Shown here: piece by piece, positions 26,611 to 41,034 of the stretch | How the letters are laid out: the number at the start of each line of letters is the position of its first letter | Position numbering within the stretch: the first letter of the stretch is position 1 | Source of the DNA: Octopus vulgaris | Taxonomy: Eukaryota | NCBI GenBank assembly: GCA_951406725.2 | Contig: OX597814.1 | Coordinates: 50,406,001-50,470,000 of the forward strand | DNA length: 64,000 nt | Direction of reading: 5' to 3' | Notes under the pieces: model-generated | What the model saw: the letters and a program-made list of their open reading frames with translations, nothing else | Told to the model about the DNA's origin: nothing | Database searches by the model: none | Made by a program: the position numbers and the translations under genes

Positions 26611-29600
26611 TAACTTAAAATTGCATCATGGATTGCCGTCTTTTCATTCTTTCTTTCTTACCTGTCTGTGTTTGCCTTTTAAGTGCTGTGTTTTTGCTGA
26701 GATCCCCCTTTTAGTAGAAGGAATAGCTATATCTCTTTGACTGCTATTTCTAAATTCGGTGTGTTGGTGAGGCAATTCGTTGCTAAACCCTTAATTACTT
26801 AGTATAACTTAAATTTTCCTCGAATGGGGCTTTTACATACCGAAATCTACTTGGTGTAATTGATAATTATCCCTAATTAATTAATTTCACCCTTTTATTA
26901 TTACTGATAACCATATTTTATCCCAGTAAATGACCACAGCATTTTGTCTTGGCTACACGCGGGTGGAAGGGGGCTGGTGACACAAACTTTCATTCAAACT
27001 TTGAATTTCGTGGTACTGGTCACGCTTTGGCTCGCTCTGACACTGAGTTGAGATGACGCATTCTAGTATCTCAAAATTTAATATACAATTATTCACAATT
27101 GTAGTATCCTGCGCCGATGAGAGAAGAAGTCTGGGTAAAGTAGAATTTTCTAATTCTTATGATATCCTAAAACTTGATCTCGAAACGTACGTCCGTAGGT
27201 AACTTAAAATTGCATGATGGATTGCCGTCTTTTCATTCTTTCTTTCTCACCTGTCTGTGTTTGCCTTTTAAGTGCTGTGTTTTTGCTGAGATCCCCCTTT
27301 TAGTAGAAGGAATAGCTATATCTCTTTGACTGCTATTTCTAAATTCGGTGTGTTGGTGAGGCAATTCGTTGCTAAACCCTTAATTACTTAGTATTACTTA
27401 AATTTTCCTCGAATGGGGCTTTTACATACCGAAATCTACTTGGTGTAATTGATAATTATCCCTAATTAATTAATTTCACCCTTTTATTATTACTGATAAC
27501 CATATTTTATCCCAGTAAATGACCACAGCATTTTGTCTTGGCTACACGCGGGTGGAAGGGGCTGGTGACACAAACTTTCATTCAAACTTTGAATTTCGTG
27601 GTACTGGTCACGCTTTGGCTCGCTCTGACACTGAGTTGAGATGACGCATTCTAGTATCTCAAAATTTAATATACAATTATTCACAATTGTAGTATCCTGC
27701 GCCGATGAGAGAAGAAGTCTGGGTAAAGTAGAATTTTCTAATTCTTATGATATCCTAAAACTTGATCTCGAAACGTACGTCCGTAGGTAACTTAAAATTG
27801 CATGATGGATTGCCGTCTTTTCATTCTTTCTTTCTCACCTGTCTGTGTTTGCCTTTTAAGTGCTGTGTTTTTGCTGAGATCCCCCTTTTAGTAGAAGGAA
27901 TAGCTATATCTCTTTGACTGCTATTTCTAAATTCGGTGTGTTGGTGAGGCAATTCGTTGCTAAACCCTTAATTACTTAGTATTACTTAAATTTTCCTCGA
28001 ATGGGGCTTTTACATACCGAAATCTACTTGGTGTAATTGATAATTATCCCTAATTAATTAATTTCACCCTTTTATTATTACTGATAACCATATTTTATCC
28101 CAGTAAATGACCACAGCATTTTGTCTTGGCTACACGCGGGTGGAAGGGGGCTGGTGACACAAACTTTCATTCAAACTTTGAATTTCGTGGTACTGGTCAC
28201 GCTTTGACACGCTCTGACACTGAGTTGAGATGACGCATTCTAGTATCTCAAAATTTAATATACAATTATTCACAATTGTAGTATCCTGCGCCGATGAGAG
28301 AAGAAGTCTGGGTAAAGTAGAATTTTCTAATTCTTATGATATCCTAAAACTTGATCTCGAAACGTACGTCCGTAGGTAACTTAAAATTGCATGATGGATT
28401 GCCGTCTTTTCATTCTTTCTTTCTTACCTGTCTGTGTTTGCCTTTTAAGTGCTGTGTTTTTGCTGAGATCCCCCTTTTAGTAGAAGGAATAGCTATATCT
28501 CTTTGACTGCTATTTCTAAATTCGGTGTGTTGGTGAGGCAATTCGTTGCTAAACCCTTAATTACTTAGTATAACTTAAATTTTCCTCGAATGGGGCTTTT
28601 ACATACCGAAATCTACTTGGTGTAATTGATAATTATCCCTAATTAATTAATTTCACCCTTTTATTATTACTGATAACCATATTTTATCCCAGTAAATGAC
28701 CACAGCATTTTGTCTTGGCTACACGCGGGTGGAAGGGGGCTGGTGACACAAACTTTCATTCAAACTTTGAATTTCGTGGTACTGGTCACGCTTTGGCTCG
28801 CTCTGACACTGAGTTGAGATGACGCATTCTAGTATCTCAAAATTTAATATACAATTATTCACAATTGTAGTATCCTGCGCCGATGAGAGAAGAAGTCTGG
28901 GTAAAGTAGAATTTTCTAATTCTTATGATATCCTAAAACTTGATCTCGAAACGTACGTCCGTAGGTAACTTAAAATTGCATGATGGATTGCCGTCTTTTC
29001 ATTCTTTCTTTCTCACCTGTCTGTGTTTGCCTTTTAAGTGCTGTGTTTTTGCTGAGATCCCCCTTTTAGTAGAAGGAATAGCTATATCTCTTTGACTGCT
29101 ATTTCTAAATTCGGTGTGTTGGTGAGGCAATTCGTTGCTAAACCCTTAATTACTTAGTATTACTTAAATTTTCCTCGAATGGGGCTTTTACATACCGAAA
29201 TCTACTTGGTGTAATTGATAATTATCCCTAATTAATTAATTTCACCCTTTTATTATTACTGATAACCATATTTTATCCCAGTAAATGACCACAGCATTTT
29301 GTCTTGGCTACACGCGGGTGGAAGGGGGCTGGTGACACAAACTTTCATTCAAACTTTGAATTTCGTGGTACTGGTCACGCTTTGGCTCGCTCTGACACTG
29401 AGTTGAGATGACGCATTCTAGTATCTCAAAATTTAATATACAATTATTCACAATTGTAGTATCCTGCGCCGATGAGAGAAGAAGTCTGGGTAAAGTAGAA
29501 TTTTCTAATTCTTATGATATCCTAAAACTTGATCTCGAAACGTACGTCCGTAGGTAACTTAAAATTGCATGATGGATTGCCGTCATTTCATTCTTTCTTT

Positions 29601-29753
29601 CTTACCTGTCTGTGTTTGCCTTTTAAGTGCTGTGTTTTTGCTGAGATCCCCCTTTTAGTAGAAGGAATAGCTATATCTCTTTGACTGCTATTTCTAAATT
29701 CGGTGTGTTGGTGAGGCAATTCGTTGCTAAACCCTTAATTACTTAGTATTACT

Positions 29754-29854
<101 letters not shown>

Positions 29855-29864
29855 ACACAAGCAC

Positions 29865-30065
29865 ACTCGCGTGGTAAGAAGTTTGCTTCCCAGCCACATG
29901 GTTCTGCGTTCAGTCCCACTACATGGCACCTTGAGCAAGTGTCTTCTACTTTAGCCTCAGGCCGACCAAAGCTTTGTGTGTGTGTGTATGTGTGTGTGCA
30001 TGTGTGTGTGTGTGTATGTGTGTATGTGTTAACTTGTTTCAGTCACTGGACTACGGCCATGCTTG
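29865..30065 (+). mobile_element. SINE family B, partial
   Basis: GTGGTAAGAAGTTTGCTTCCC..GGCACCTTGAGCAAGTGTC; an inverted tail piece at 30032-30065. Confidence 0.75.
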
Positions 30066-30415
30066 GGATTTAACCTCTTTCTCAAAAGAAAGCATCCATT
30101 TAAGCTGGATGAAAGAAATACTCCTACAGCATGACGGCTCTTTGCAAATGTTCTCTTCCACTGTGGAACTTCGACCCATGTTAAACTAGTCACTCTCACC
30201 CATCCTTCAGAAAATTTACCCAAATCTAAACATATCCATTGAGAATTGGGGATATTCTAGCTCACTCGCTTAAGTAAATCCGGGTTTGCTGGTTTAGAGT
30301 GTTAAGAGTCCACGTGTTGTTATTCGGAAGGCGATTCTTATATCAGCAGTAGTCGTCATGGTGGTTATATTAGTGATGATGTTGGTTCTGCTTGCGATAA
30401 CGGAACAAAATTTAA

Positions 30416-30510
30416 TATTATTATTATCATTATTATTATTATTATTATTATTATCATTATTATTATTATTATTATTGTTATTGTTATTATTATTGTTGTT
30501 GTTGTTGTTA

Positions 30511-30567
<57 letters not shown>

Positions 30568-31190
30568 TCATCAACATCATCATCATCATCATTATTATTA
30601 TGTCAAAAAAGCAGTTTGGGAAAGATGCGAAAGTTTTGAAGACAAACTATCAATCTTCAAACTTGATATATTTCTTGTGTTTCTGCATTATGACTAGCAA
30701 ACTCACAAGTGGTAACATCATCTAAGGCCATCTACTTATGTTATGGCTTCCATTTCGCCATCACTCTCATCACTACCATCCCATCATCATCATCATCATC
30801 GTCGTCGTTAACACCAACGCTTCCACCATCATCATGATCGACGTCAAAACAGAAAAAAGAAAAATGTCGTTGAACTTTTTTCTTTTTTACATATCTTTTT
30901 TTTTTATATTTTTATATGGTTGCATTTTGTCTTGTCTCTTTGCTTCTTTTTTTTATTATTATGGATTAGCTGCTCAGCGTAGCAATCCCATCTTATTTTA
31001 AGATCAAATACCTATGTAGCGCAAGAGACTCTAAGACCTAAAAAGTAAAATAAAGAAAAATATACTCCCATAAAGTCCAAAAAATAAAACATATCTCCCC
31101 TTTCAATGTGAACATCCAACTCATTTCTTTCTCTCTTTTTCTTACATCTATATGCTATATATTGTTGTTCTCCTCCTCCTCCTCTTTCTT

Positions 31191-31280
<90 letters not shown>

Positions 31281-31420
31281 TCTATGACTACTAAAATTAT
31301 CGTTGTTGTTGTTTCTGCTACTTTTGCAACAACAACTATTATTATTGTTATTATCATCATCAACAAACAATCATCAACATCATCATCATCATCATCATCA
31401 TTATCATCATCAATATCATT
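30416..31420. repeat. Trinucleotide microsatellite clusters (ATT/GTT/ATC/TTC)
   Basis: Visible at 30416-30600, 30783-30808 and 31170-31420. Confidence 0.9.
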
Positions 31421-34400
31421 ATTTTGTGGCTTTAAGCAATCTCGGTTGTAGCTCGACCAACATTTCACATTTGCCTCGAATGGCTGCTGAATCTCTTTGG
31501 AAACGTAAGAAAGATTGCTTAAAGCTATTTCAGAATGCAATGCTATTCTCGTGTGAACCATGTACATAGACTGGCTTTGTGAAACTCAATTAGATTAGTT
31601 TTACTGGCAAAAAAAATATGTAAAATGAAAAAAAAAGGCACATCCACATACAACTGACATTTAAAGCAGAAAAGAGTTATGTGACCGCTAGTGCACATAT
31701 GTGTTACGGACGGTAGATTGAGGGTTAGATAGGAAAGCAGAAGAATACTCAGATACTTAGATAGATAGATTGATAGAGAGCGAACGAGCGAGCGAGAGAG
31801 AAACAAAAACAATTTTCACACTTACATATGAAAATGTTTTCACGTTTGCTATATTTATACTGAAAAAGGAGAAAGAAAATATCATTTTAGATTGTTTTTC
31901 TAGTCTGTGTTTACCCTCGAAAAATCTAATTTTAGGGTAACAAATAAATTTGTTTGGAAGTACACAGAAAATCAAGCCCAGATAAGGAAGATGGCTGCTC
32001 ATTAGCTTCAGGTAACACATTGAAAGAAAAAATTGCACATTATTGGCCCTGTGTTATCTATGTTGTTAATTTCAATTATTTATATTACGAATAATATATT
32101 AAGAAGGAGATTGATAAATTTAGCATTCAATTCAAATCCTGTCCTTTTTTTGTGTGGTTTTGCTAACTTGCTAGAGAACTCCATTGAATAATTGCCCTCG
32201 ATAGTTTCTTAGATGTCCAGTAATGAAATAAAATAGCTCAGGTATAATTTATATTGCGATTGAGAGAAAAACATTGCAGAGAGGATTGGTTACAAAATAT
32301 TTTTGTAAAAGTTTTGCCACAATAAAGTATTCTTTTAATAAAATTATCTCACCAAATTCTACTCTTCTAAATTTATTACAGTGAACTCTGAGTTGATTCT
32401 AGAGGCATGACTTCTATCATACTTACTCATATATTTGCAAGCGCGTTCGCGTGTATTTACATTCTTACGAAATATACGTCTTTAGACAATTTTAACGTAC
32501 ATCAACATAATTTTTACATTTAAGGTTCGATTTATAAAGTTCGATTTCAAACAGGATTCAATCTGACTTCGACTAGTGAAGTATGAATAGCGATATAGTA
32601 ACATGGAACCTACACATTTTGTTCTAAACAAATATTGTCATACCCAGGTAACTACAAACTCGCTATGCCTCAAAATAGGTACTAAAGTTGAAAGTGAATG
32701 CAATACACATTAGTCGTGAAAGACAGAAATTGCCAAACTGAAAAATTACGAAATGATACATTTTTAAATCTTTATTATTAAGAGATTGTATAATTGGAAG
32801 GACATTTGTTAAAACAAGAATTTTAAAAAATACTTGGATCTTATTTAAAGTCAATGAGTTATCCCATTTATGCTCTAGATACATCATATGGACTGGAGAA
32901 AATGTTTACATAATACAGAGGAAGTATAATGAAAGATATTTGAAAGAGAAGGTCCTAAGTTACGTATATAATAACGTTTAATATTTTTGATAATACGTCT
33001 ATTAAAGATGATGATACTATAGCGTCAAGAAATTCACAAACCATATTTCATTTTCTCTGCAGAGTGATCAAAGTTTAAACACATCAGTATATAACTGGAA
33101 GTAGATGCAAAGTATTTTTAGGATAAATATAAAATATTTTAAAATTTTAGTAAACTAAAACTTGTTACTACTGCATTTTGAAATTTTGAATTTTTTTTCT
33201 TTGAATTATTCTTCCATGTAAATAAACAATTTATCATTGCAGGGCTGAGCACGAAGCAGAAACACCTTATAATCAGTTCAAAACCTTCAGTCAACGGGCA
33301 GCTATCATACTGTAAAAACAGTCTAAGTTTTAATAGTCCCTACGGTAGATATTGATTGATGAAATGCAATATAATAAACAGAAAATCTATTGATGCAGTC
33401 GGTTGCTTTATTTACACGCATTTTCTTTTTGTATAAAACTATCGCCAACATCCTTCCACCCAGAACAACCTTCACCACCTGAGCAGTAAAATTATTTTAT
33501 CTTTTCATCAAAATCACTGTGTAACATTTCAGAAAAAAAAAAAATGTTTATACAGGTTTTTAAGGATTGATCCCTGGTTGAGATATTTATTTTTAATTTT
33601 CTTTTTTTTTTTTCAAATCAGGATTAGTTTTGATGTGTTGAAATAAAGACAAAAACAGTTGTTTTACCTAACTTTTGTATATCTAAATAGTTTTCCATGT
33701 ATCTGACCTACAACTTGAAATTTGTAATCTCAATAGCTATAAGACTGAAGTTTTTTTGTTGTAAATAGAAATGAAATAAAAATGTCTGTCTGTCTCCTAT
33801 TACTTATCTTGGAGCAGGAGTTAAGCCGGGTATTGTGAAATAATTTCATTTCACTTACACTACAAATGATTTGGGGAAAATGCATCACCGTCACAATTTC
33901 TCATTTTCCCTCCCAAGTGATATAGAACTTTCACGTCTATTAAAAAGAAACTAATAATTCTTTTGTTTTTGCAACTTTCACTGGAGAAGCTGATGATCTA
34001 CTAAAGGGGGAAAATTGGAAAGCCGGTTTCGATTTGAAATTTCAAATCGAAATTTCACTTTACTAGTAATACTACATTACTTTTGTTGTTTCATGCATTC
34101 ATTTCAACAACAGGAGAACGGTTTTGAGTGTATCATTATGTTTTATCGGTGGTTTTAAGAGATTACTGTAAAATTCATTAAGATTTTGAATATGTTGCGA
34201 GTTCTATTTGAAAGATGATTTTTAAAAATTGCAAGGAAAAATTCTCGATAGGATGTTTCCCAGATGTTACATGAATATAATAGTTTTAAGAATCAATGTC
34301 TAATCTCACAAAGTCCATTGATAAAACAAGCATACGAAATCTGAAATATCTCGGTCGTCTAACGAAAACAAAGATGGGGGGAAAGTATAAAAGTATATAA

Positions 34401-35291
34401 TTATCCTCTGTTATATACACTCAAACAAATACAATCTATGACTGATACTGTTATATAAACATTTACTCCCACCATCCAGTTGACGTATGTTAGTATTGAA
34501 GATGAAAAATGATGTAGTTTCCAGAAAATAAAAAGACTTCTAGAGTAGCTTCCTTAAATTTCAGGATGAAATCTAGGGTGATTTTTAAAAGATCAGATAA
34601 TTCTTAAGGCTGGAAGAATGGAAACAATTGCCTGGAAACACAGTGATGATAGCCACAGATTCGAACGCAAAGTCCATAATCTGATAAGATCAAGAAAAAG
34701 AGAAAGAATTTAGTGTTAAAATCCGCACAACACCAACACATTTACAAACGAATTACGTGCACAAACACACATTTCAACCACTCATAAAAAAAAATCCCAA
34801 ATGAATAAAAGTTAGGGATATAATTCCCAAAACAAAAACTAATGATGGATTTTAGTTGAATCGAGTTTTAAATAAATAACTAGAGACTTTACCTAAAATA
34901 ACTGTACTGTTTCTCCTCTCCCAAAACTTTACAGCTGATAATCCACTAAAAGAAAGTTCTAACAAAAATCATCGATTTAAATTTATATGTGTATGTGTGT
35001 TATGTATTATATAAGTATGCATGGAATGTATATATATATATATATACAAGCGTGCACACACATACATAAATATATATATACATATATATGTATATATATA
35101 TACATATATACACCTATATAGAAACAGAAATATATATTGTATATGGATTATAGATATATGCATATATAGATGCGCACACACATATATAAATATATATATA
35201 TATACATATATGTATGTATGTATATATATATATCAGTATGTAATACATGTATAATTTTATTATATATATATATATACATGCATTTACACAG

Positions 35292-35332
<41 letters not shown>

Positions 35333-35371
35333 CAAATATATATATATATTTATATATATGCATATTACATA

Positions 35372-35442
<71 letters not shown>

Positions 35443-36305
35443 TGTGTGTATTTGTTCTTGCATTTAAAAAATGGAAAAGCACGAACATCATTTACTTTTA
35501 TGTACGTTTAAGAAACAACTTAGTTTAAAAACCGATAAAATAAACTGAAAACAACAGTTTTTTTGTTGAAAAAGCAATTTATCTTCAAATGTTTGGATTG
35601 ATTTTGTTTGGATTTTTTTATGAAACTTTTTTTTCTTTCTCAGTCTAGGTTAAACCAAACGGAAAAATACTGAAGAGAAAAATGAAAGAAACATTTGAGG
35701 GCAGATTATTTGTTCGTATTGTTTTGTGAATTGTTTTTTGTTTGTTTGTGTTTTTTTTTTGTCTTTTTATATGAGAGTAAGTACATGTGCTATAAGCAAG
35801 TAGTGAATAAGAGGAAGGAATGGACATGGGGAAAGGGGCTGGGGAATTGAAATCTGGAGAGAAGAGGAAAACGAAAGAGTAATAGGAACCACACACACAC
35901 ACACACACACACACGCCCCCACACACACACAGATATAAACACTCATGACGTACATGCTTCTGTGTGGTTGTGTAAGTTACATAGGAGAATGTATTTATTC
36001 ATGCATATATATATGTACATATATGTGTGTGTGTGTGTGTATGTGTGTATACATAGGAATATATATATGTATATGTAAATGTAAACACACATATATATAT
36101 ATATACACATGTATACATAAGTATATGTTTATATACTTTATATATATGTTTATATACTTTATATATAAGTAAATATAAGTACTTATATTTATATATAAAC
36201 ATATATTGTTATATTTGTACATATACACACAGACACATATTAATGTATATATGTGTGTATGCATGTATGTATATAATGTATATCGCTAATCTTTGCATAT
36301 ATACC

Positions 36306-36555
<250 letters not shown>

Positions 36556-37360
36556 TATGTATACACACATGCACATACACTCACACACGCATATACATGC
36601 GTATATGTATGTTCTCTCAATCCGATCGCACGAAACCTTTCATTCCTCCCATGTATTCCCGCTTACATTCGACAAATATGCACACACCCATAAACACCAC
36701 ACACACATACACACGTTTACACACACACACACACACACGCATTCACACTCGCATGCGCACAAAGAGACGAGTACAGTCGCACATATGGTCGACTGCACGA
36801 AGCCTTGAATTCTGCCCATGTATTCTTGTTCACCTTGCCTATGACACACAGACACATATTCGCGCATGCACACATATACATATGTAGGTACGTGTGTATG
36901 TAAATCGAGAGAATGGGTGAGGGGTTTTGCCTGTATGTGTATTTAAGTTTGTGTGTATATGCCTGTGTGTACGTGTAATGTGTATGTAAATCTGAACGTG
37001 CGAGTACATGCATGCTACGTTTCATGGTACCTCTGTATGTTTGTGTACATGTATGTGTATATACACTCGCATACAGACATATATAGGCTACATACATAAA
37101 TACATAAATCTAAATACTAACATAAACACACATATACATACATACATACATACATACATACATACATGCACATACATACATACATACATACATGCATACA
37201 TACATGCATACATACATACATATATACTTACACACGTACATACATACATACATACATATATACTTACACACGTACATACATACATACATACATATATACA
37301 CACATACATACATACATACATACATACATACATACATGCATACATACATACATACATATG

Positions 37361-37477
37361 TATTATTCTTATACCAGAATGTTGTTGAAAGTGACTTCGA
37401 AGTGTCGGCCAGATGATGGTTTAGCTGGCCGAAATTTAGAAGTCACTGTCAACAAAATTATTTTATATAAATAATAA
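37361..37477 (+). mobile_element. Fold-back element with a truncated HHR
   Basis: Arms 37361-37412 and 37425-37477; GATGA-TGGTT..GGCC-GAAA..GTC. Related to 45790-45886. Confidence 0.55.
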
Positions 37478-37549
37478 ATTTGTACTCTACAAATTATATA
37501 AATTATTTGTACTCTACAAGAGTATAGAGTAGCCCATGAGATTAATATA

Positions 37550-37620
<71 letters not shown>

Positions 37621-37793
37621 TGTTTGGTTTGAAAACCCCACTAGAATGGGTGAAAGCGCTAATGATCTAAGTGATATGATATATATATAAAAAATGTAAT
37701 ATATAAATAAATATCTGTAAATATAAACCATCCGATCTTCTGAGTACCTCATTTCTTCTAATATATAATACCTGTACATCATCTCCAAACCTT

Positions 37794-37874
<81 letters not shown>

Positions 37875-38041
37875 GTCCCGGTTGATTCGGGGTTAACCCA
37901 GTAAGTAAGGTACTCAATACATAGCAATAAAATTAATTTATTATATAGAAGGAGCTTCTACAGGATATACTGTTTCATTCAAGAGAAATTTAGGAAGCAC
38001 ACACGTACATACATACATACATACATATATACTTACACACG

Positions 38042-38075
<34 letters not shown>

Positions 38076-38081
38076 CACACA

Positions 38082-38114
<33 letters not shown>

Positions 38115-38222
38115 GCATATACATACATACATATGTATTATTCTTATACCAGAATGTTGTTGAAAGTATGAAGATTTCTCTTAATGATACAGTACTACTG
38201 TAGAAGCTCCTTCTATATAATA

Positions 38223-38263
<41 letters not shown>

Positions 38264-38699
38264 TGTATATATACCCGCACTCTCTCTCTCTCACACACAC
38301 ACATTAAAATACTAATGTTGTGACGACTATAATTGAAGGTGCAAATGAGCAAGTGATGTAATTAATAGGAGAGGAGAGAAGACTTTAGAAAGAGAAAGAG
38401 AAAGAGGGACAGAGAGAGGAAGAACTGGGTGGATATCACGGATATCTTAGGAGTGAGTTGAAAAAAATGATAGAGTAGCAATAAAACATATTTATAGAGA
38501 GAGAGAGAGTAAGATGTTGCAAGCAATGCTGCTGAGGAAGAAATGTATAACACAACCATTTCTGTTTTACTTTAAGGTTTCTACCTACTATTATTTCCCG
38601 ACTGGAAGAGAAACTTTAGGGAGACAGGATGACAGCATGCATTGTTGTATGTGTGCATGTATTTGTGAATGTATACGCGTATATGCCTATGCGTGTGTG

Positions 38700-38735
<36 letters not shown>

Positions 38736-38826
38736 TACATACACATATGCATGTGTGTGTGCGTATGTGTATTATATTATATACATATATATATTATATT
38801 ACATATATATTATATACATTTATATG

Positions 38827-38874
<48 letters not shown>

Positions 38875-38955
38875 GTGGACACTCTCATACACACATTATA
38901 TATGTATCTATGAGTGTGTCTGTATGTATACACACATATATATGTGTGTTGTGTG

Positions 38956-38999
<44 letters not shown>

Positions 39000-39255
39000 T
39001 ATGTATATATATATATGTAAATACTTATTTGTATAAACGTATGTTTGTACATATATATATATATATATACACATATGCATATATATAAACATATAAGTAT
39101 CTATATATGTATGCATATGTATGCGTGTGTGTGTGTGTGAATTTGTATAAATAAATATATATGTATGTGTTTGTGTGTCTGTATGTGTACATGCGAGTTT
39201 ATGTACGTATCTTTGCGTGTGTTTATTTGATGCATGTGTATTTTTTTTCCAACAG

Positions 39256-39448
39256 TCCCACGGAATTGCATCACGAACTGACAAGCTGATATTTCCATGC
39301 AAGATAAGAACTTCCAAAGAAGGTATAACCTCATGAAATATTGATGCTATATGGTTTCAACCACGAGGCAGCACCAGCAGAAGCAGCATTAGAAACATCA
39401 CCACCAACAGCAGCAATCATGCTGGTGTTTTTTACAAAGATTGATTCG
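39256..39448 (+). other. Candidate non-coding or 5'-UTR exon
   Basis: Poly-T + CCAACAG acceptor and TCG|GTGAGT donor; stops in all three frames. Confidence 0.25.
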
Positions 39449-41034
39449 GTGAGTTTTCTTCGGAATCGGAACTGTTCTCCCAAGTGTTTAGATTCGGTTG
39501 GATTTATGAAATCTGTTCGTTTGTTTGTTTATGACTTTGGTTTAATGTACAGAAAAACCATCTGAGACCCTAAAAACCGGTATATATGCTGGAGAGATAA
39601 AAAGCAAAAGAATTATATGTGCGAGTATACACGCACACTCCACAAACCTATACGATAGGCAAAACGAAATATTATTTAATTTATGCATTTACTTGCTGTC
39701 AATCAGACTTCTTTCTTATACAGATTTAGCTGATTTTTTCCTTGTACTTAGCGTGTATGTGCGCGCGCGCGACCGTGTGTGTATGTCATGTCCCCAGTGA
39801 AATTTGAACTGATGCAAGTATTTTACTGTATTTCTCTTTAAACTAGAAAATACGTTGCCATTTTTTTTTCGATGTTAGTTTTTACAAACTTTTCATCATT
39901 TTTATCAAATTTTGAAGAAGTGAAGAAAACTTTAATGACAGAAATATTTCAGCGAAAGATAAATTACTTTTCTCTTTAATTTAACAAGCATGAACATTTT
40001 GATAATGTTACTCTTATTTTCATTTAAACACAGGTCAGTCCTACTCTGGCACGTAAGCAGTCAATTGAATGCCTATAGTCAATCTTGAAATCAGTTGCTC
40101 CATATTTGTATTTTATAAGATAGTCTATGTCCATGACCTTTTCCTGGCTCTCCTAGGCATCAATATTTAACATGTACATCTGTAGATTGGTGGCTTCTGC
40201 CAAAATATATACATATAAATACGGCGGTGAAGATAAATCATGTTCGAAGTGATGAGACTGGAGTTGAGACACGGTAAGGATAACCGAAAGATGGATAGGG
40301 CATTTATTTCCGAGTGAGGAAGATATGTAACTTGTTAGCTCAGAAAAGTAGAGGCCTTCATAGTAAGAATAGAAAGCAGTGAAGTAATAGATATTTCGTG
40401 CAGCCTGCTGGTAATTTAATGCATTGAATAGTCATCTTTGGATCAGTCTATGTTGTTATTGCAATGGTTAGCAGTTTTAGTAACTTCGACGCTTTTAGTA
40501 AGATGTTATTCACAGTTGAAGCGGGTAAGGTACAAGAAGGTTTACTTGATATGTGTGATGAGTGAGATTTTGTGCTGTTAAAAGACACAAGGCTATCATA
40601 TTCCCATTGAATGATTTTTCAAACTCTTTGTTGCTGTAGGTAAAGGAAGAATGGCGTGAGACACACAAGTTCAGTGTGAATACTGTCTGGGCGCAGAGGG
40701 TAAACGATTAAATAATACATCATCTGTATGACAGTGTTAGTTGCCAGAAGTGCAGGTAACTTTATGTTTAATGTGCAGAAGGAAATGTACGAGAAACATT
40801 GCTGAACCACGAGGTACATCATACGCCAAGTTAATTGAATGTCAGTGGTGATGAGCACGTCGGTACACACTGCAATGGTACGGTCTGACAGAAGAGCTTC
40901 AGTGCCTAGTTCAGGACCATGTTGCGCAATTTTTTATTGTATGTTGCTTCTTTTCAGTTGTCTGGCTTCTTATGTTTATGCGTCCAGTGACGTACGAAAA
41001 GTCTCATATTTAAACTGCAACAATCGAGTCCTTT

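Larger units (their letters stand above)
25222..29753 (+). repeat. Tandem array of 589-bp HHR-containing units: about 1.4 inverted units (25222-26065) followed by about 6.3 direct units (26066-29753)
   Basis: Period 589 (one unit is 588); near-identical units; flanked on both sides by (TA)n; no long ORF. Confidence 0.95.

Noticed and set aside
25222-29753. CRISPR array, rDNA/5S repeat or protein-coding repeat (ORF 27490-27684)
   Set aside because: No unique spacers and no recognisable rRNA sequence; the ORF exists in one unit only because of a 1-bp deletion.
30600-31812. Unique-looking islands as host coding exons
   Set aside because: Short frames, no recognisable domain, no consistent splice pair.
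37625-37675. HHR-like ACCC..GGGT-GAAA-GCGC-TA
   Set aside because: The core reads TTGAAAA and stem I does not pair.
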